64,000 nucleotides of DNA, from IMG/VR virus record IMGVR_UViG_3300043451_000039, positions 1-64,000 of that record; one strand, 5' to 3'. This document shows, piece after piece, positions 45,087-54,922 of this stretch. This DNA is from a virus (Duplodnaviria > Heunggongvirae > Uroviricota > Caudoviricetes). Below the pieces are notes generated by a model. It had not been told where the DNA came from, did no database searches, and was given only the letters and a program-made list of their open reading frames with translations. The translations under genes were made by a program, and so were the position numbers. Positions within the stretch are counted from its first letter, which is position 1; each line of letters opens with the position of its first letter.

Positions 45087-45830
45087 TTACAGTCCTTCAC
45101 CTGTCCACTGCTCAGATGATACGGTTGCTGTTGTAGTATCACCCTCTGCAGTATAAACCCTATTAGTTCCTGTTGATTCATTCTGGCCAATGTTAGCGTT
45201 GACCTGAGTAATAATATTCTGATCACCAACTGGACCATATAGATTCAGTTTCAACTGGAAATTTAATGTATGAGTAACAAATCTGCGTTCTTGAAAAGAA
45301 CCATCGTATTCATCTTGAACATTTACACTATTTAAAATAATAGGAACATCCATTGTGATTCCAAGTTCAGGAATCATATTTACCTGTAAAGTGTATTCAG
45401 GTGTAAATGTTGGTAGGATTTGTTCAATAATCTGTAGACCATCTTCTTGTGTCTTTGTTAGCACATAAAGTGAAAGGTCTAAATTATATGGAACTGGTGT
45501 ATATACAGCATTAACATTAGAAGAAGTTCCTGCCTTAATCTGCTGCATACGATTTAGTTTACGAGAAGCATCATACATATATGATGTAATCTCAAAGGAC
45601 ATTCTAGGTAAAGTTGTATATGTGTGATTCTCTAGCGTTGGATCTTGCTCAATACGAACTAACCATTTTTCTTTTGGCGCATACGACAATGGAACCTGTA
45701 AACGCTGAATGGTTGTCCCATTAACAGAGTCGCCTTGTTTGCGATCGATATAGATGTCGCTGAATAGACGACCAAAGGCTACAATTGCCTTTCTTATTGA
45801 GCCATGATAATATACATTTCCGTTAAGCAT
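45087..45830 (-). CDS. 15: Tail sheath stabiliser / tail completion protein gp15
   Basis: YYHGSIRKAIVAFGRLFSDIYIDRK...VPLSYAPKEKW...IIEQILPTFTPEYT aligns with T4 gp15 FYNSSFRRYATLMGDLFSNIQIKRQ...VPITYASKEHF...IVEQILPYFQPHFN. Confidence 0.75.
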   Translation of the reverse strand: MLNGNVYYHGSIRKAIVAFGRLFSDIYIDRKQGDSVNGTTIQRLQVPLSYAPKEKWLVRIEQDPTLENHTYTTLPRMSFEITSYMYDASRKLNRMQQIKAGTSSNVNAVYTPVPYNLDLSLYVLTKTQEDGLQIIEQILPTFTPEYTLQVNMIPELGITMDVPIILNSVNVQDEYDGSFQERRFVTHTLNFQLKLNLYGPVGDQNIITQVNANIGQNESTGTNRVYTAEGDTTTATVSSEQWTGEGL

Positions 45831-46749
45831 TGTTTATTTCTCCAAACGGATTATGTTCATCAAAGTTAAGAATACCAGCAGACTCAGTTTTAAAAGTAGT
45901 ATTTTCAGAGAATGCCGTTTGTTTATGTAAATCTACTTCGATAGCAGCTTCAATATTTGCAGCATCACCAGTAGGTGGAGAAGCCACATTAACCGCAGGA
46001 ACAGTATTATATCCAGTTCCTGGATTTGTTATCTCAACAGAAACCACTTTATCTGAGTTCTCGCCAGTACCTAAAGTTGCAGTGGCTGCAGCACCATAAC
46101 CGCCACCACCAATAAATGTAATCGCTGGTGCAGTAACATATCCATTACCTGGACTTACAATAGTTAGAGACTTCAATTGACCAGCCTCACTTCTAGTAGC
46201 ATTAGTGCTGAATGTTTTAAGTGTTTCAAATACATCAACAGAAGGAATACCAGTATCGATACGCTCTGAAGAATATTGGAAGAGTTCAACTTGAAGTTTG
46301 TAAACATATAGTTTACCAAGTTGATAGAATGGGTCTTGGTGTTGAACGAATTTAATTTCGAACAAACCTTTTGATAATGGGAAATAAATTAAATCGCCTT
46401 CATTTGGGCGAGTAGGAATAGTTGTTGCGCCATAGCGACCGATAAACTGTTCCCAGCGACGTCTTGCGCAAACAAGAGTAGCTGACTGTTCAATCATAAG
46501 ACCGAACTTCTGAATAAATGCGCCTTGACCACCGAATGAATCCACATTCTCAAAATACATTTCAATAGGGAACGCTGTTTTAAATTCAGAAAGGCGATCT
46601 TCACCGAGCACATCATCTTTAGAAACCAATGTTCTTGGGATGTACATAACTTCGTTGCCATACATGCGCAACGATTCTATGATTAAATCTTCAACAAGGT
46701 ACTGTTCGTTACGAGTGCCATGTGTAAAATAGACATTGGTAGTAGTCAT
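45823..46749 (-). CDS. 14: Neck protein gp14-like, with C-terminal GxGYxxxP repeats
   Basis: 308 aa, position between gp15 and gp13. C-terminal repeats SPGNGYVTAPAITF / NPGTGYNTVPAVNV. Confidence 0.5.
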   Translation of the reverse strand: MTTTNVYFTHGTRNEQYLVEDLIIESLRMYGNEVMYIPRTLVSKDDVLGEDRLSEFKTAFPIEMYFENVDSFGGQGAFIQKFGLMIEQSATLVCARRRWEQFIGRYGATTIPTRPNEGDLIYFPLSKGLFEIKFVQHQDPFYQLGKLYVYKLQVELFQYSSERIDTGIPSVDVFETLKTFSTNATRSEAGQLKSLTIVSPGNGYVTAPAITFIGGGGYGAAATATLGTGENSDKVVSVEITNPGTGYNTVPAVNVASPPTGDAANIEAAIEVDLHKQTAFSENTTFKTESAGILNFDEHNPFGEINNA

Positions 46750-46750
46750 T

Positions 46751-47719
46751 TTATCCTAAGAAAAATTCTAACGGAGCAGACTTGTTCTGCAATTCGTCTT
46801 CCAGAATAGTAATCTCTTCTTTTGCTTCGAGATATAGTTTATCGCCATCCAATGTAACACCACCTGGAAGCTGAATACCAGAGAACTTCTTAATGTTAGT
46901 TGCCCATTGGCGTTTGAACAAAGCAGTAACATAACGCTTAAACCAGTTCTCGTTCCAAACCTTTGAGAACTCAGAAGGGTCTAAAGCACGATATGCTTGA
47001 ACAATAATATAATCACCGAACTGAACATCAGAAGCCCAGTTAATGTCTAGGTATAAACGATTTTGTAAACGATTAAAACGATATAGTGTATGACCATTCA
47101 ACTCAAAATCTAGTAGAGCCAAATGAGACATAACTGTTTTGTAGTAAATGATACTTGTAGAAGTTAAGTCATACAAGTCATTTAAGCGTAATTGATATTG
47201 TAAGTCGAAAATGTTCTTTGAGGAACTGGCTTGGCCAATACTTAGAACTTTCTGAACACCATATACTGAGTCAGGGATATCTACATAACGCTTGTCATAC
47301 TCACCAAGAGTTACTGGGTTAGTGCCTAGTACAGCAGTAGTATTAGTATGAGTATCAATAATAGTTTCACCAGCAACAAAGTCACCAACTACATTTTTAA
47401 CCAACAGTGTATTACCAGAAGAAGCCAACAAAGATTCTCTAGTGACAGTTGCAGTTGCGCCAGAAGTTTGGCCAGTAATATGCGCCTCTAAACCAAAATC
47501 TTCAGCGTTATTAGTAGTCAATCTAATTTGAGAAGCACGGATTTGAACTTTTAAGTAGATCTGTTCGATGCCTTCGTAGTGATATAAGCGCCAGTAATCT
47601 AGAGCCTGATCAATACGATCTTCTAATTGATCATCGTCTACGTTGATCTCAAGAACTGGAGCACCCAGTTCTCTGAGACAATATTGTTTTAGACTTTCTC
47701 TAGATGTTGGGATAGCCAT
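46751..47719 (-). CDS. 13: Neck protein gp13
   Basis: LKQYCLRELGAPVLEINVDDDQLEDRIDQALDYW and C-terminal IQLPGGVTLDGDKL align with T4 gp13 [34 protein letters not shown] and MMLPGGVTIDGQRL. Confidence 0.75.
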   Translation of the reverse strand: MAIPTSRESLKQYCLRELGAPVLEINVDDDQLEDRIDQALDYWRLYHYEGIEQIYLKVQIRASQIRLTTNNAEDFGLEAHITGQTSGATATVTRESLLASSGNTLLVKNVVGDFVAGETIIDTHTNTTAVLGTNPVTLGEYDKRYVDIPDSVYGVQKVLSIGQASSSKNIFDLQYQLRLNDLYDLTSTSIIYYKTVMSHLALLDFELNGHTLYRFNRLQNRLYLDINWASDVQFGDYIIVQAYRALDPSEFSKVWNENWFKRYVTALFKRQWATNIKKFSGIQLPGGVTLDGDKLYLEAKEEITILEDELQNKSAPLEFFLG

Positions 47720-47722
47720 TTA

Positions 47723-49042
47723 TTATCCTAATCTTGATTTTAGTTCTTCGATTTGTTCTTGTTGTTGCTGTACAGTTTTAACTAGAACTGATACCATCTT
47801 AGCGTAGTCAAGTTTCTTTTTACCTTCAGCGTCTGTAGTAACAAACTCAGGCATATGTGTCTCAACATTCTGCGCAAGTAAACCAATCTCATGACGACCA
47901 TCCATGTCATAGGCTACTGAGCGAAGTTGCATAACTTCAGCTAAACCATATGGAGAATCAACGATGTTATCTTTTAATCTTTCGTCAGAAACTGAATAGA
48001 AGTTTGGAGAAGTAATATCACCAACCGCATCCATTGAGCCAACTTTTAGAGAATCATATGTTGCGCCAGTAAAGTCTAATGTTGAGTTAGAAGGTTCAGT
48101 TGAAACACCAGAGAATAATTTCCACACACCATCAGAAGCGTCGCGAACTAAACCAGTATGTTGATATGTACCATTATTAAAGTGACCGACAACACCAATA
48201 TCATTTACGTTGCCAGAGTTTCCTGCTGCAATATAGATAATTGTATCATCAATTTCATATGTTGTAGAATTTAATGTAGTAGTTGTGCCGTTAACAGTAA
48301 AGTTACCAGCAATAACTACGTTACCACCGACGTTAATATTACCATCAACGCCAACACCACCGCCAACTACCAACGCTCCAGTAGATATTGAAGTGGATTC
48401 TGTAGTACCAGTAATAGCAATAGATTCAACACCATCTAGTGTATCTGAAGAACTGCCAAGGGAAATAACTGTAGTACCAATAGTTACGTCAGCAGTTGCC
48501 CATGATGGAGCATAACCAGCACCCTCAGAGCGCAAGAACGTACCAGAAGCGCCAGCAGTAATGAATGTCGACAAGTCAGTGTCTGATTGGATAATCAACT
48601 GACCAGCAGAACCACCAGCAATGTTAGTGGCAGTAGTAGCAGTAATAGCAGAACCAGCAGTAACGCTTGACGCATTAACCCAAACTGGAGAGTTACTACC
48701 ACCAGAAACTAAAACCTGACCAGAAGTACCAGCTGCGGAAAGAGCCATAGCTGAACCAGTAGAATAAGGAACTGCACCAGCAACAGGTGTTAATGCTGCG
48801 CCAGTACCACCATATGCTACAGGAACAGGTGTACCATTCCAAACAGAACCAGTAGAGAAGGTTTTATTTAATAGGGTCTGCGCTACAGTAGTATTAACTA
48901 ATGTGGCACCACCACCTGCTGTTAAACCGTCATGCAGTCGAATTGTTTTAACGTCGGTGTCAACGGACAACTCACCATTCGCTCCAGTGAACGCATTGTT
49001 CTGTGTTGTTGTTCCACGTCTAAGTTGTACTTGTGTTGCCAT
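47723..49042 (-). CDS. Fibre protein in the wac (fibritin/whisker) position, with a C-terminal intramolecular-chaperone (peptidase S74-like) domain
   Basis: N-terminal tail-fibre motif MATQVQLRRGTTTQNNAFTGANGELSVDTD..HDG, Gly/Thr/Ser-rich shaft, and C-terminal SDERLKDNI...GLLAQNVE signature of auto-cleaving chaperone domains. Confidence 0.55.
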   Translation of the reverse strand: MATQVQLRRGTTTQNNAFTGANGELSVDTDVKTIRLHDGLTAGGGATLVNTTVAQTLLNKTFSTGSVWNGTPVPVAYGGTGAALTPVAGAVPYSTGSAMALSAAGTSGQVLVSGGSNSPVWVNASSVTAGSAITATTATNIAGGSAGQLIIQSDTDLSTFITAGASGTFLRSEGAGYAPSWATADVTIGTTVISLGSSSDTLDGVESIAITGTTESTSISTGALVVGGGVGVDGNINVGGNVVIAGNFTVNGTTTTLNSTTYEIDDTIIYIAAGNSGNVNDIGVVGHFNNGTYQHTGLVRDASDGVWKLFSGVSTEPSNSTLDFTGATYDSLKVGSMDAVGDITSPNFYSVSDERLKDNIVDSPYGLAEVMQLRSVAYDMDGRHEIGLLAQNVETHMPEFVTTDAEGKKKLDYAKMVSVLVKTVQQQQEQIEELKSRLG

Positions 49043-49065
49043 AGTTTTCCTCTATTTTTGTATAT

Positions 49066-51927
49066 TTAGGCTTGCGCTTCAGACCAGAATAAGTTTACGT
49101 TCACGCTTGCATTTGTAGCTGATAAGTTTTTAACAACAACTGCCAAGACGTCTGGTCCGTCTGGGTAATTTGAATAACCACCAATCGCTGAGTTTGTCAA
49201 TTCTTTCAATTGAGATAAGTCAATCTCAGAGAAACCAGCTGGCTGACCAAGTGTCGAGAAGTTCTGTTCACCTGGAGTAGCAGCAGTAGTACTACTTGTA
49301 GAAATTTGAGCGAAAGAAGGTTGTGAACCTAATGCTGATGTGTTAACTGATTGCCAAGTTAATGTTGACGCATCAATATTACCTGGATTCAAAATACCAT
49401 AAACCTGAACTGATTGATCAGATTGAACTTGAAGTTTTTGTAGTAGCAACTGTGAACGATTAATTAAGTCACGATCCCCGAACGCACCAGCGATTGAGTT
49501 TGATACTGATGGAGCCAAACGTAAGAAGAACACAGTCTTTGTTGAGTTTGCATTAACTGTTTGCCCAACAGCAGCGTAGTTAAAGTAGTAACCACGATCT
49601 GAGTCGAAGTTACCATCAATAATATATGAAGAACCCCAGTGGTTAACAATCGGAGCACAAGTACAGCTGATTAAAGTAACAGCAGTATAACCATTACCAA
49701 CAGCATGACTTGCTGCAGCTGAGCCAGTGAATGTCTTAGTAGAACCACCAACGAACATTTGGAATGATGCGCCACGTGTACAACCAGTTAATGTGTTCTC
49801 TGATTTACCAGTGTAAGTGATACACTCAGTGCCAATTAGAATAGTACCACCAGTAGCTGGGAAACGAGATGCGTCATAAAGGATAATCTCAGTTGCGCTT
49901 GAATTGATTGCTTGGTATAAACGATCTCGAGCAGATTCGTTAATCGCTTGATAACGAACAGCAGAGTTACCAGTACGCATATACGCTTCATCGTTTACGT
50001 TGTTCTGTTTCATACGATGAACAAGAATCATGTTGCCATCAGAACCACGACACATAAAGTCGATAAAACCAGCACCATACCAAGAGAATGAAATACCAAG
50101 CATCTGCATCTTGTTTAGATTAATGTTGTAACCAGAGATACCAGTACCATCAATCTTATCGATGTTGAACTGCGATTGTGGGATACGACGATCGATAACT
50201 TGAGCAATCTTAATACCTGATGCGTTATTCACACCACGATATTCAGGGTTGATAGAAAGAGTATTATCATCAGTAATAGAACCTACACGATATGTCATAC
50301 CGCGAATAACGATAGAGTCGCCTTGCTTCAACTGCTGAGTGAAACGGCAACCATTACCAGTAACAGTTTGCGAACCAGAAGTAACCGATACGAAACCTGA
50401 CAACTGGTAAGTAGCTGAACGCTTAACTACAGCAAGTTCTTGTCCATCAAATTCCCAGAACAATCCGTTCTGATCGTCGAATGGACCGCAACGAGTAGTT
50501 GCGCCTGTCCAGTTCTTAACAGTAATACGTGGAAGGTTAGTAATAATAGCAGCAGTTGCGCCCAATTCTTCGTTGGCAGCAACAGTGAATGTTGATTCGT
50601 TAGTGATACCAGTTACACCATAAGTGCCATTGTATCCTGCAGTAACAACACCAGCAATTTGAACAATAGCGCCAACTTGTAGACCGTGATCAATCTCAGA
50701 AGAAACTGTAATAACAGAACCAACAGATGTTCCAGAAGCAGAGATTTGGTCTAAGTTAATAACTGGGTTGAATAGAACACCAGAAGTCCAAAGAATACCT
50801 TTACCTGATTGGTAACGCATGTATTTCTTAGTCTGACGAGAAACAGAGGCTCCATGAGATGGTAGGAATGTACCGATGTTAACACCACCATCAAATGGTC
50901 TATGTTGAACATAAGCATCAGAACGAGTATAAGTGTTTGCTACAATACCAGAGTTCTGAACTGCACCACCAACACGAGCAGTAAAAGTAAATGTAGTTGC
51001 AGATGGAGTAGTTTCAACGAAGAAGTTACCATTCATTAAAGTATGGTTTGTTCCACTTGAAGAAACAATATTAACAATAGGTGCGCCTGGAACCAAACCA
51101 TGATTACCAGAACAAGTTACTGTAATCTTAGATGGAGAGTTTGCGTCAGAAGTATAACCAGAAATATCAATAGCAGAACCAGCATAGAAACCACCACGAC
51201 GTGCATATGTTGATTGGTTATAAACAGAAGTGCCGTTAACACCAACAATACCTTTAGCGAAGTATGTAAAGGATGTGCTATTAGGAACAGTTGCCACAAC
51301 GAACGCACCCTCAGCACGGGCAGCTGCTGCAGTGCCTGCGCAACCGAAGATAATAACTGGTTGAGCAACACTGATGCCATGAGGTTGTGAACAAGTAACT
51401 GTCATAACTGATGGGTTACCGCCATCAGAAGTAATGTTTGTAATAAAAATATCAAGACCTGGCTTTTCGTAGATACCTGGAATACCACGGATATCTGAAT
51501 AGTTCTGCCACTTAGTGGGCTGTAGACCATATTCAAAGTCAGCGTCAATTAATGATTGTGGTGGAGCAATACGCATGCGCTCAATAGCATCAACACCGAA
51601 TGCATATGGGCGAACGATGTTACCAATTTGTTTTGGTGCGTCAGTATAAATCGCAATCTTGTCAGTAGACAACATTGTTGAAGTATCACACGCTAATGTA
51701 AGAGTAGAAACACCAGCTTGTTCTGAATAGAAAGTTGTAGTGTCATCTGGATCAAAAGTAATAGATCCGTTCTTTGTTGGGTCGCCAATAGCGTAAATGT
51801 TTACTTGCTGAGTTTTGTTAGCGACAATCAACAGCTGAGTTAAGTCGCATTTGCCAGGAAACTTTAGCGTACCTACGCCTGGAGCATCTGGTGTAAAAAT
51901 ATATTTTTCAATTAACTGACGTGCCAT
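49066..51927 (-). CDS. Large virion structural protein (953 aa), probably baseplate or tail fibre
   Basis: ORF in track, in the late structural block between fibres. No confident family assignment. Confidence 0.45.
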   Translation of the reverse strand: MARQLIEKYIFTPDAPGVGTLKFPGKCDLTQLLIVANKTQQVNIYAIGDPTKNGSITFDPDDTTTFYSEQAGVSTLTLACDTSTMLSTDKIAIYTDAPKQIGNIVRPYAFGVDAIERMRIAPPQSLIDADFEYGLQPTKWQNYSDIRGIPGIYEKPGLDIFITNITSDGGNPSVMTVTCSQPHGISVAQPVIIFGCAGTAAAARAEGAFVVATVPNSTSFTYFAKGIVGVNGTSVYNQSTYARRGGFYAGSAIDISGYTSDANSPSKITVTCSGNHGLVPGAPIVNIVSSSGTNHTLMNGNFFVETTPSATTFTFTARVGGAVQNSGIVANTYTRSDAYVQHRPFDGGVNIGTFLPSHGASVSRQTKKYMRYQSGKGILWTSGVLFNPVINLDQISASGTSVGSVITVSSEIDHGLQVGAIVQIAGVVTAGYNGTYGVTGITNESTFTVAANEELGATAAIITNLPRITVKNWTGATTRCGPFDDQNGLFWEFDGQELAVVKRSATYQLSGFVSVTSGSQTVTGNGCRFTQQLKQGDSIVIRGMTYRVGSITDDNTLSINPEYRGVNNASGIKIAQVIDRRIPQSQFNIDKIDGTGISGYNINLNKMQMLGISFSWYGAGFIDFMCRGSDGNMILVHRMKQNNVNDEAYMRTGNSAVRYQAINESARDRLYQAINSSATEIILYDASRFPATGGTILIGTECITYTGKSENTLTGCTRGASFQMFVGGSTKTFTGSAAASHAVGNGYTAVTLISCTCAPIVNHWGSSYIIDGNFDSDRGYYFNYAAVGQTVNANSTKTVFFLRLAPSVSNSIAGAFGDRDLINRSQLLLQKLQVQSDQSVQVYGILNPGNIDASTLTWQSVNTSALGSQPSFAQISTSSTTAATPGEQNFSTLGQPAGFSEIDLSQLKELTNSAIGGYSNYPDGPDVLAVVVKNLSATNASVNVNLFWSEAQA

Positions 51928-51936
51928 GTTTTATCC

Positions 51937-53094
51937 TTAAAAACCGAAAATAATAGAGTAACCAAGATAGTCTGACTTAACAGATTGGTCAAGGTTAGAT
52001 AACGAAACAACACCATCCAAACGCAATGGTCCAAGGTCATAAACAACGGGAACTGCACCACCAACTGCGCCTAGATCTTCTTCAGCAATAATATTAGTAT
52101 CATAAACGAAACCAAGATCTGAAGTAGCCTGTGGAGCAAAAATAGCACTGTTACCTGATGTACCAGTATAGGCAATAGAGATAGAACCACTATTATTGGT
52201 GATCTGAATATAGTCACCTGCCTGAAGTCTATTTAGAGTAAATCCATTTGAGGAATTACCGATTAGCAATTGACCGACTTCTGGAGCAGTAGTTTGACCA
52301 GTACCACCTTGAGAAATTGCTAATTGCGATCCTAATGTTAAAGAATCTAATCTTGTTGTGCCAGCATACAAAGTGCCAGCAATACCAACACCACCAGCAA
52401 CTTTAAGGGCACCAGTAGTTTTGCTACTACTTGTTGTAGTATCAGAAAGTGTAACTACACCAGTAACACCAAGTGTGCTAGAGAATGAACCAGATGTTGC
52501 TGTTAATGCACCCATTCTTAATGGCGCATATGTGCCACTGAATATATTAGTATTCTCAGTAGCTGCTGTTAATAGAACATATTGGGTTGCAGAGTTATCA
52601 TAACCCATGAATCCAATTTTTTCGCCACTAGAATAATACTTGAAAGAAATACCACGATCGTAACCATCGTTAGATCCAAGAGTACCACCTTCAGCAGCCC
52701 CACCAAGTTGAATTGTTGGGTCAACAATTCGTGTGATGGTTGAATCAATTACGTTCGATTCACCAAGAACTGTAAGATTACCGTAAATAGTAACAGCGCC
52801 AGTTAATGAACTTGTTCCAGTAACTGAAAGATTTGCGCCAAGACTAACATCACCAGTAGTTGTTATTGTTCCAAAGTCAACATCAGTTGCAGATAAGTGA
52901 TCAACACCTTCTAAATCAGAACCAGTAATAAAGTTGGTAAAGTCAGCACGTGCTAATTCAAATCCACCAGCAGTTGATCCATCGTGAAGATGGATAGAAT
53001 GGTTTGTTGAGTTTAATGTTACCTCACCACTTGCACCAGTAAAGGTTTCGTGTTGAGTAGCAGTACCTCTTCTTAATTGTAATTGAATAGCCAT
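51937..53094 (-). CDS. Tail-fibre-like protein (385 aa)
   Basis: N-terminus MAIQLQLRRGTATQHETFTGASGEVTLNSTN..HDGST is paralogous to the N-terminus of 47723-49042. Gly/Thr-rich shaft. Confidence 0.5.
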   Translation of the reverse strand: MAIQLQLRRGTATQHETFTGASGEVTLNSTNHSIHLHDGSTAGGFELARADFTNFITGSDLEGVDHLSATDVDFGTITTTGDVSLGANLSVTGTSSLTGAVTIYGNLTVLGESNVIDSTITRIVDPTIQLGGAAEGGTLGSNDGYDRGISFKYYSSGEKIGFMGYDNSATQYVLLTAATENTNIFSGTYAPLRMGALTATSGSFSSTLGVTGVVTLSDTTTSSSKTTGALKVAGGVGIAGTLYAGTTRLDSLTLGSQLAISQGGTGQTTAPEVGQLLIGNSSNGFTLNRLQAGDYIQITNNSGSISIAYTGTSGNSAIFAPQATSDLGFVYDTNIIAEEDLGAVGGAVPVVYDLGPLRLDGVVSLSNLDQSVKSDYLGYSIIFGF

Positions 53095-53104
53095 GTACGC
53101 TCTC

Positions 53105-54133
53105 TTATACTATTGAACCGTGATCTTGCACGGTATAAACTATTTCTGTAATGTATCCCATATCATATGGGACTACACCAGACGCTGTTGAGCCAGAAGC
53201 ACCGATAACATCAATAACACCATCAACATCAACTGAAAGACCATTACCAATTTTAACACCACCCAATGATGATGTTGTAGCAGGTGGTAAAGTATATGAA
53301 CCACCCCCACCGCCAGATGCAGTGGAAGAAATTGTAATAGTGTCAGTCGCTACATTGGTAGTGATTGTAATATTATCACCAGCCACAAGAGTCAGCGTAT
53401 CAGTGGCAGAATCAGCCACAACATCACCCTGACCACTTACAGCGATTGTCTTAAATATCGCATTAGGAATTGTTGGGGTACCAGTAAGGTCACCATAAGC
53501 GCCACTAAAAGCAGTAACAATTCCATCAACGTCTATATTTAGCCCAGTGCCGATTTTGATTCCACCAAGGGTAGTATCGGTTGCCACTGGTAAAGTATAT
53601 GAACCCCCACCACCACCTTCAACTGTTGTCCATTGGACACCAGATCCAGTAGATGTTAGAACCTGTCCAGATGTTCCTGTACCGCCACCAGCAGTAATAC
53701 TACCAGTAAGCGAGATATTAGAAAGGGTTGGGGAGTTTAAAGTTTTGTTTGTAAGAGTTTGTGAACTGTTTAAGTCCACCATTGTCTTACGACCAGCACC
53801 TGTACCAATAGTAAGCAAGTCGCTTGAACTATTCCATACAACTTGTCCTTCTTCAGTTTGATCTGGAGAAAGTGATGTTGGTAATTTGAATGACCCTGTT
53901 GTTAGATGCACGCTACCATTATTGATGGTAGGAGCAGTAAGGGTTTTGTTTGTTAGGGTTTGCGTACCATCGACAGTGGCAGCAGTGACAACGGATTCAG
54001 TTCCAAGAACGCTTTTCTTATAGAATAGGTGACCATCATACGTGTTGAGTGCCAACTCACCAAGTTCTAAATCACTTGTGGATGGATTTTTACCCTCAAC
54101 GGATGATCGTTTGATTTTGACTATATTAGCCAT
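53105..54133 (-). CDS. Tail-fibre-like protein (342 aa) with an internal duplication of about 45 aa
   Basis: N-terminus MANIVKIKRSSVEGKNPSTSDLELGELALN. Two copies of GGGGGSYTLP..T..LGG.KIG.GL..DVDG. Confidence 0.5.
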   Translation of the reverse strand: MANIVKIKRSSVEGKNPSTSDLELGELALNTYDGHLFYKKSVLGTESVVTAATVDGTQTLTNKTLTAPTINNGSVHLTTGSFKLPTSLSPDQTEEGQVVWNSSSDLLTIGTGAGRKTMVDLNSSQTLTNKTLNSPTLSNISLTGSITAGGGTGTSGQVLTSTGSGVQWTTVEGGGGGSYTLPVATDTTLGGIKIGTGLNIDVDGIVTAFSGAYGDLTGTPTIPNAIFKTIAVSGQGDVVADSATDTLTLVAGDNITITTNVATDTITISSTASGGGGGSYTLPPATTSSLGGVKIGNGLSVDVDGVIDVIGASGSTASGVVPYDMGYITEIVYTVQDHGSIV

Positions 54134-54214
54134 TGCAACCTATTCTATGTAGAAAACAAATACTCAGTATATACTGAGGACGATGGAATTTCTTCCATCA
54201 TCTATTTAGCATTA

Positions 54215-54910
54215 TTAATAGATCAGTTTTACTTGACCACTAGTAATTGCATTGATATTAGTGCCAGCGTCTTGAGTTGTTCCTAACGCTGCAGTTGGGA
54301 CTGTGAATGAACCACCAGGATAAACTTGGTTTCCAACTGTCCAGCGGAAGGAATTCATAAAACCACCGAAAGCAGTATCAACACCACCAGCTGGAGTTTC
54401 ATTACCTACAACAAGAGTTCCGCCAGTAAGGTCTGGCATAGTCCCACCATAAACACCTAGTGCCTGTCCATCTAGATACATATATGTATATGCGCCATTT
54501 GAAGCAAACGCAAAATGGTGCCAATATAAAGTAGTTGGTTTTCCAGCAGTCGCAGCAACACCACCATTCATCCAGTAATACATTGTATTACCTTCTAAGC
54601 TGATAGCAATAGAAGTTGTTGGATATTGGCCAATAGAGAATACTCGTGGGAATGAGTTATTATCATTTTGATAGAAGAAGCCTTCAACGCACCATGGATC
54701 GCCGTTTGTGACTGCTAAACCATTATCAGCAACAGTTGCGATTTGTCCACTAGTGTTTCCGTTGAATACCCAACTTGGACCTGAGCCACCAAATGGATCA
54801 GTTGTTGCTGTAGTTGGCGCAATTAAACTGCTACCACCTCCACCACCTCCGCCACCACCTGGATGTTGGAAGCCTGAGATTGTTGTTCCTGGACCGAATC
54901 TAATTGTCAT
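54215..54910 (-). CDS. Concanavalin-A/LamG-like lectin-fold protein with poly-Gly tract
   Basis: 231 aa: GGGGGGGGGG run, then a LamG-like core (FPRVFSIGQ...ISLEGNTMYYWMNGG...WHHFAFASNGAYTYMYLDGQ). Confidence 0.45.
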   Translation of the reverse strand: MTIRFGPGTTISGFQHPGGGGGGGGGSSLIAPTTATTDPFGGSGPSWVFNGNTSGQIATVADNGLAVTNGDPWCVEGFFYQNDNNSFPRVFSIGQYPTTSIAISLEGNTMYYWMNGGVAATAGKPTTLYWHHFAFASNGAYTYMYLDGQALGVYGGTMPDLTGGTLVVGNETPAGGVDTAFGGFMNSFRWTVGNQVYPGGSFTVPTAALGTTQDAGTNINAITSGQVKLIY

Positions 54911-54922
54911 TGTTTTCTCTCT

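Noticed and set aside
45053-45238. 61-aa minus-strand ORF at the gp15/gp17 junction, considered as a possible small terminase
   Set aside because: It is an out-of-frame overlap of the gp15 C-terminus and gp17 N-terminus. At 61 aa it is far shorter than the ~160 aa of T4 gp16, with no independent translation signals.
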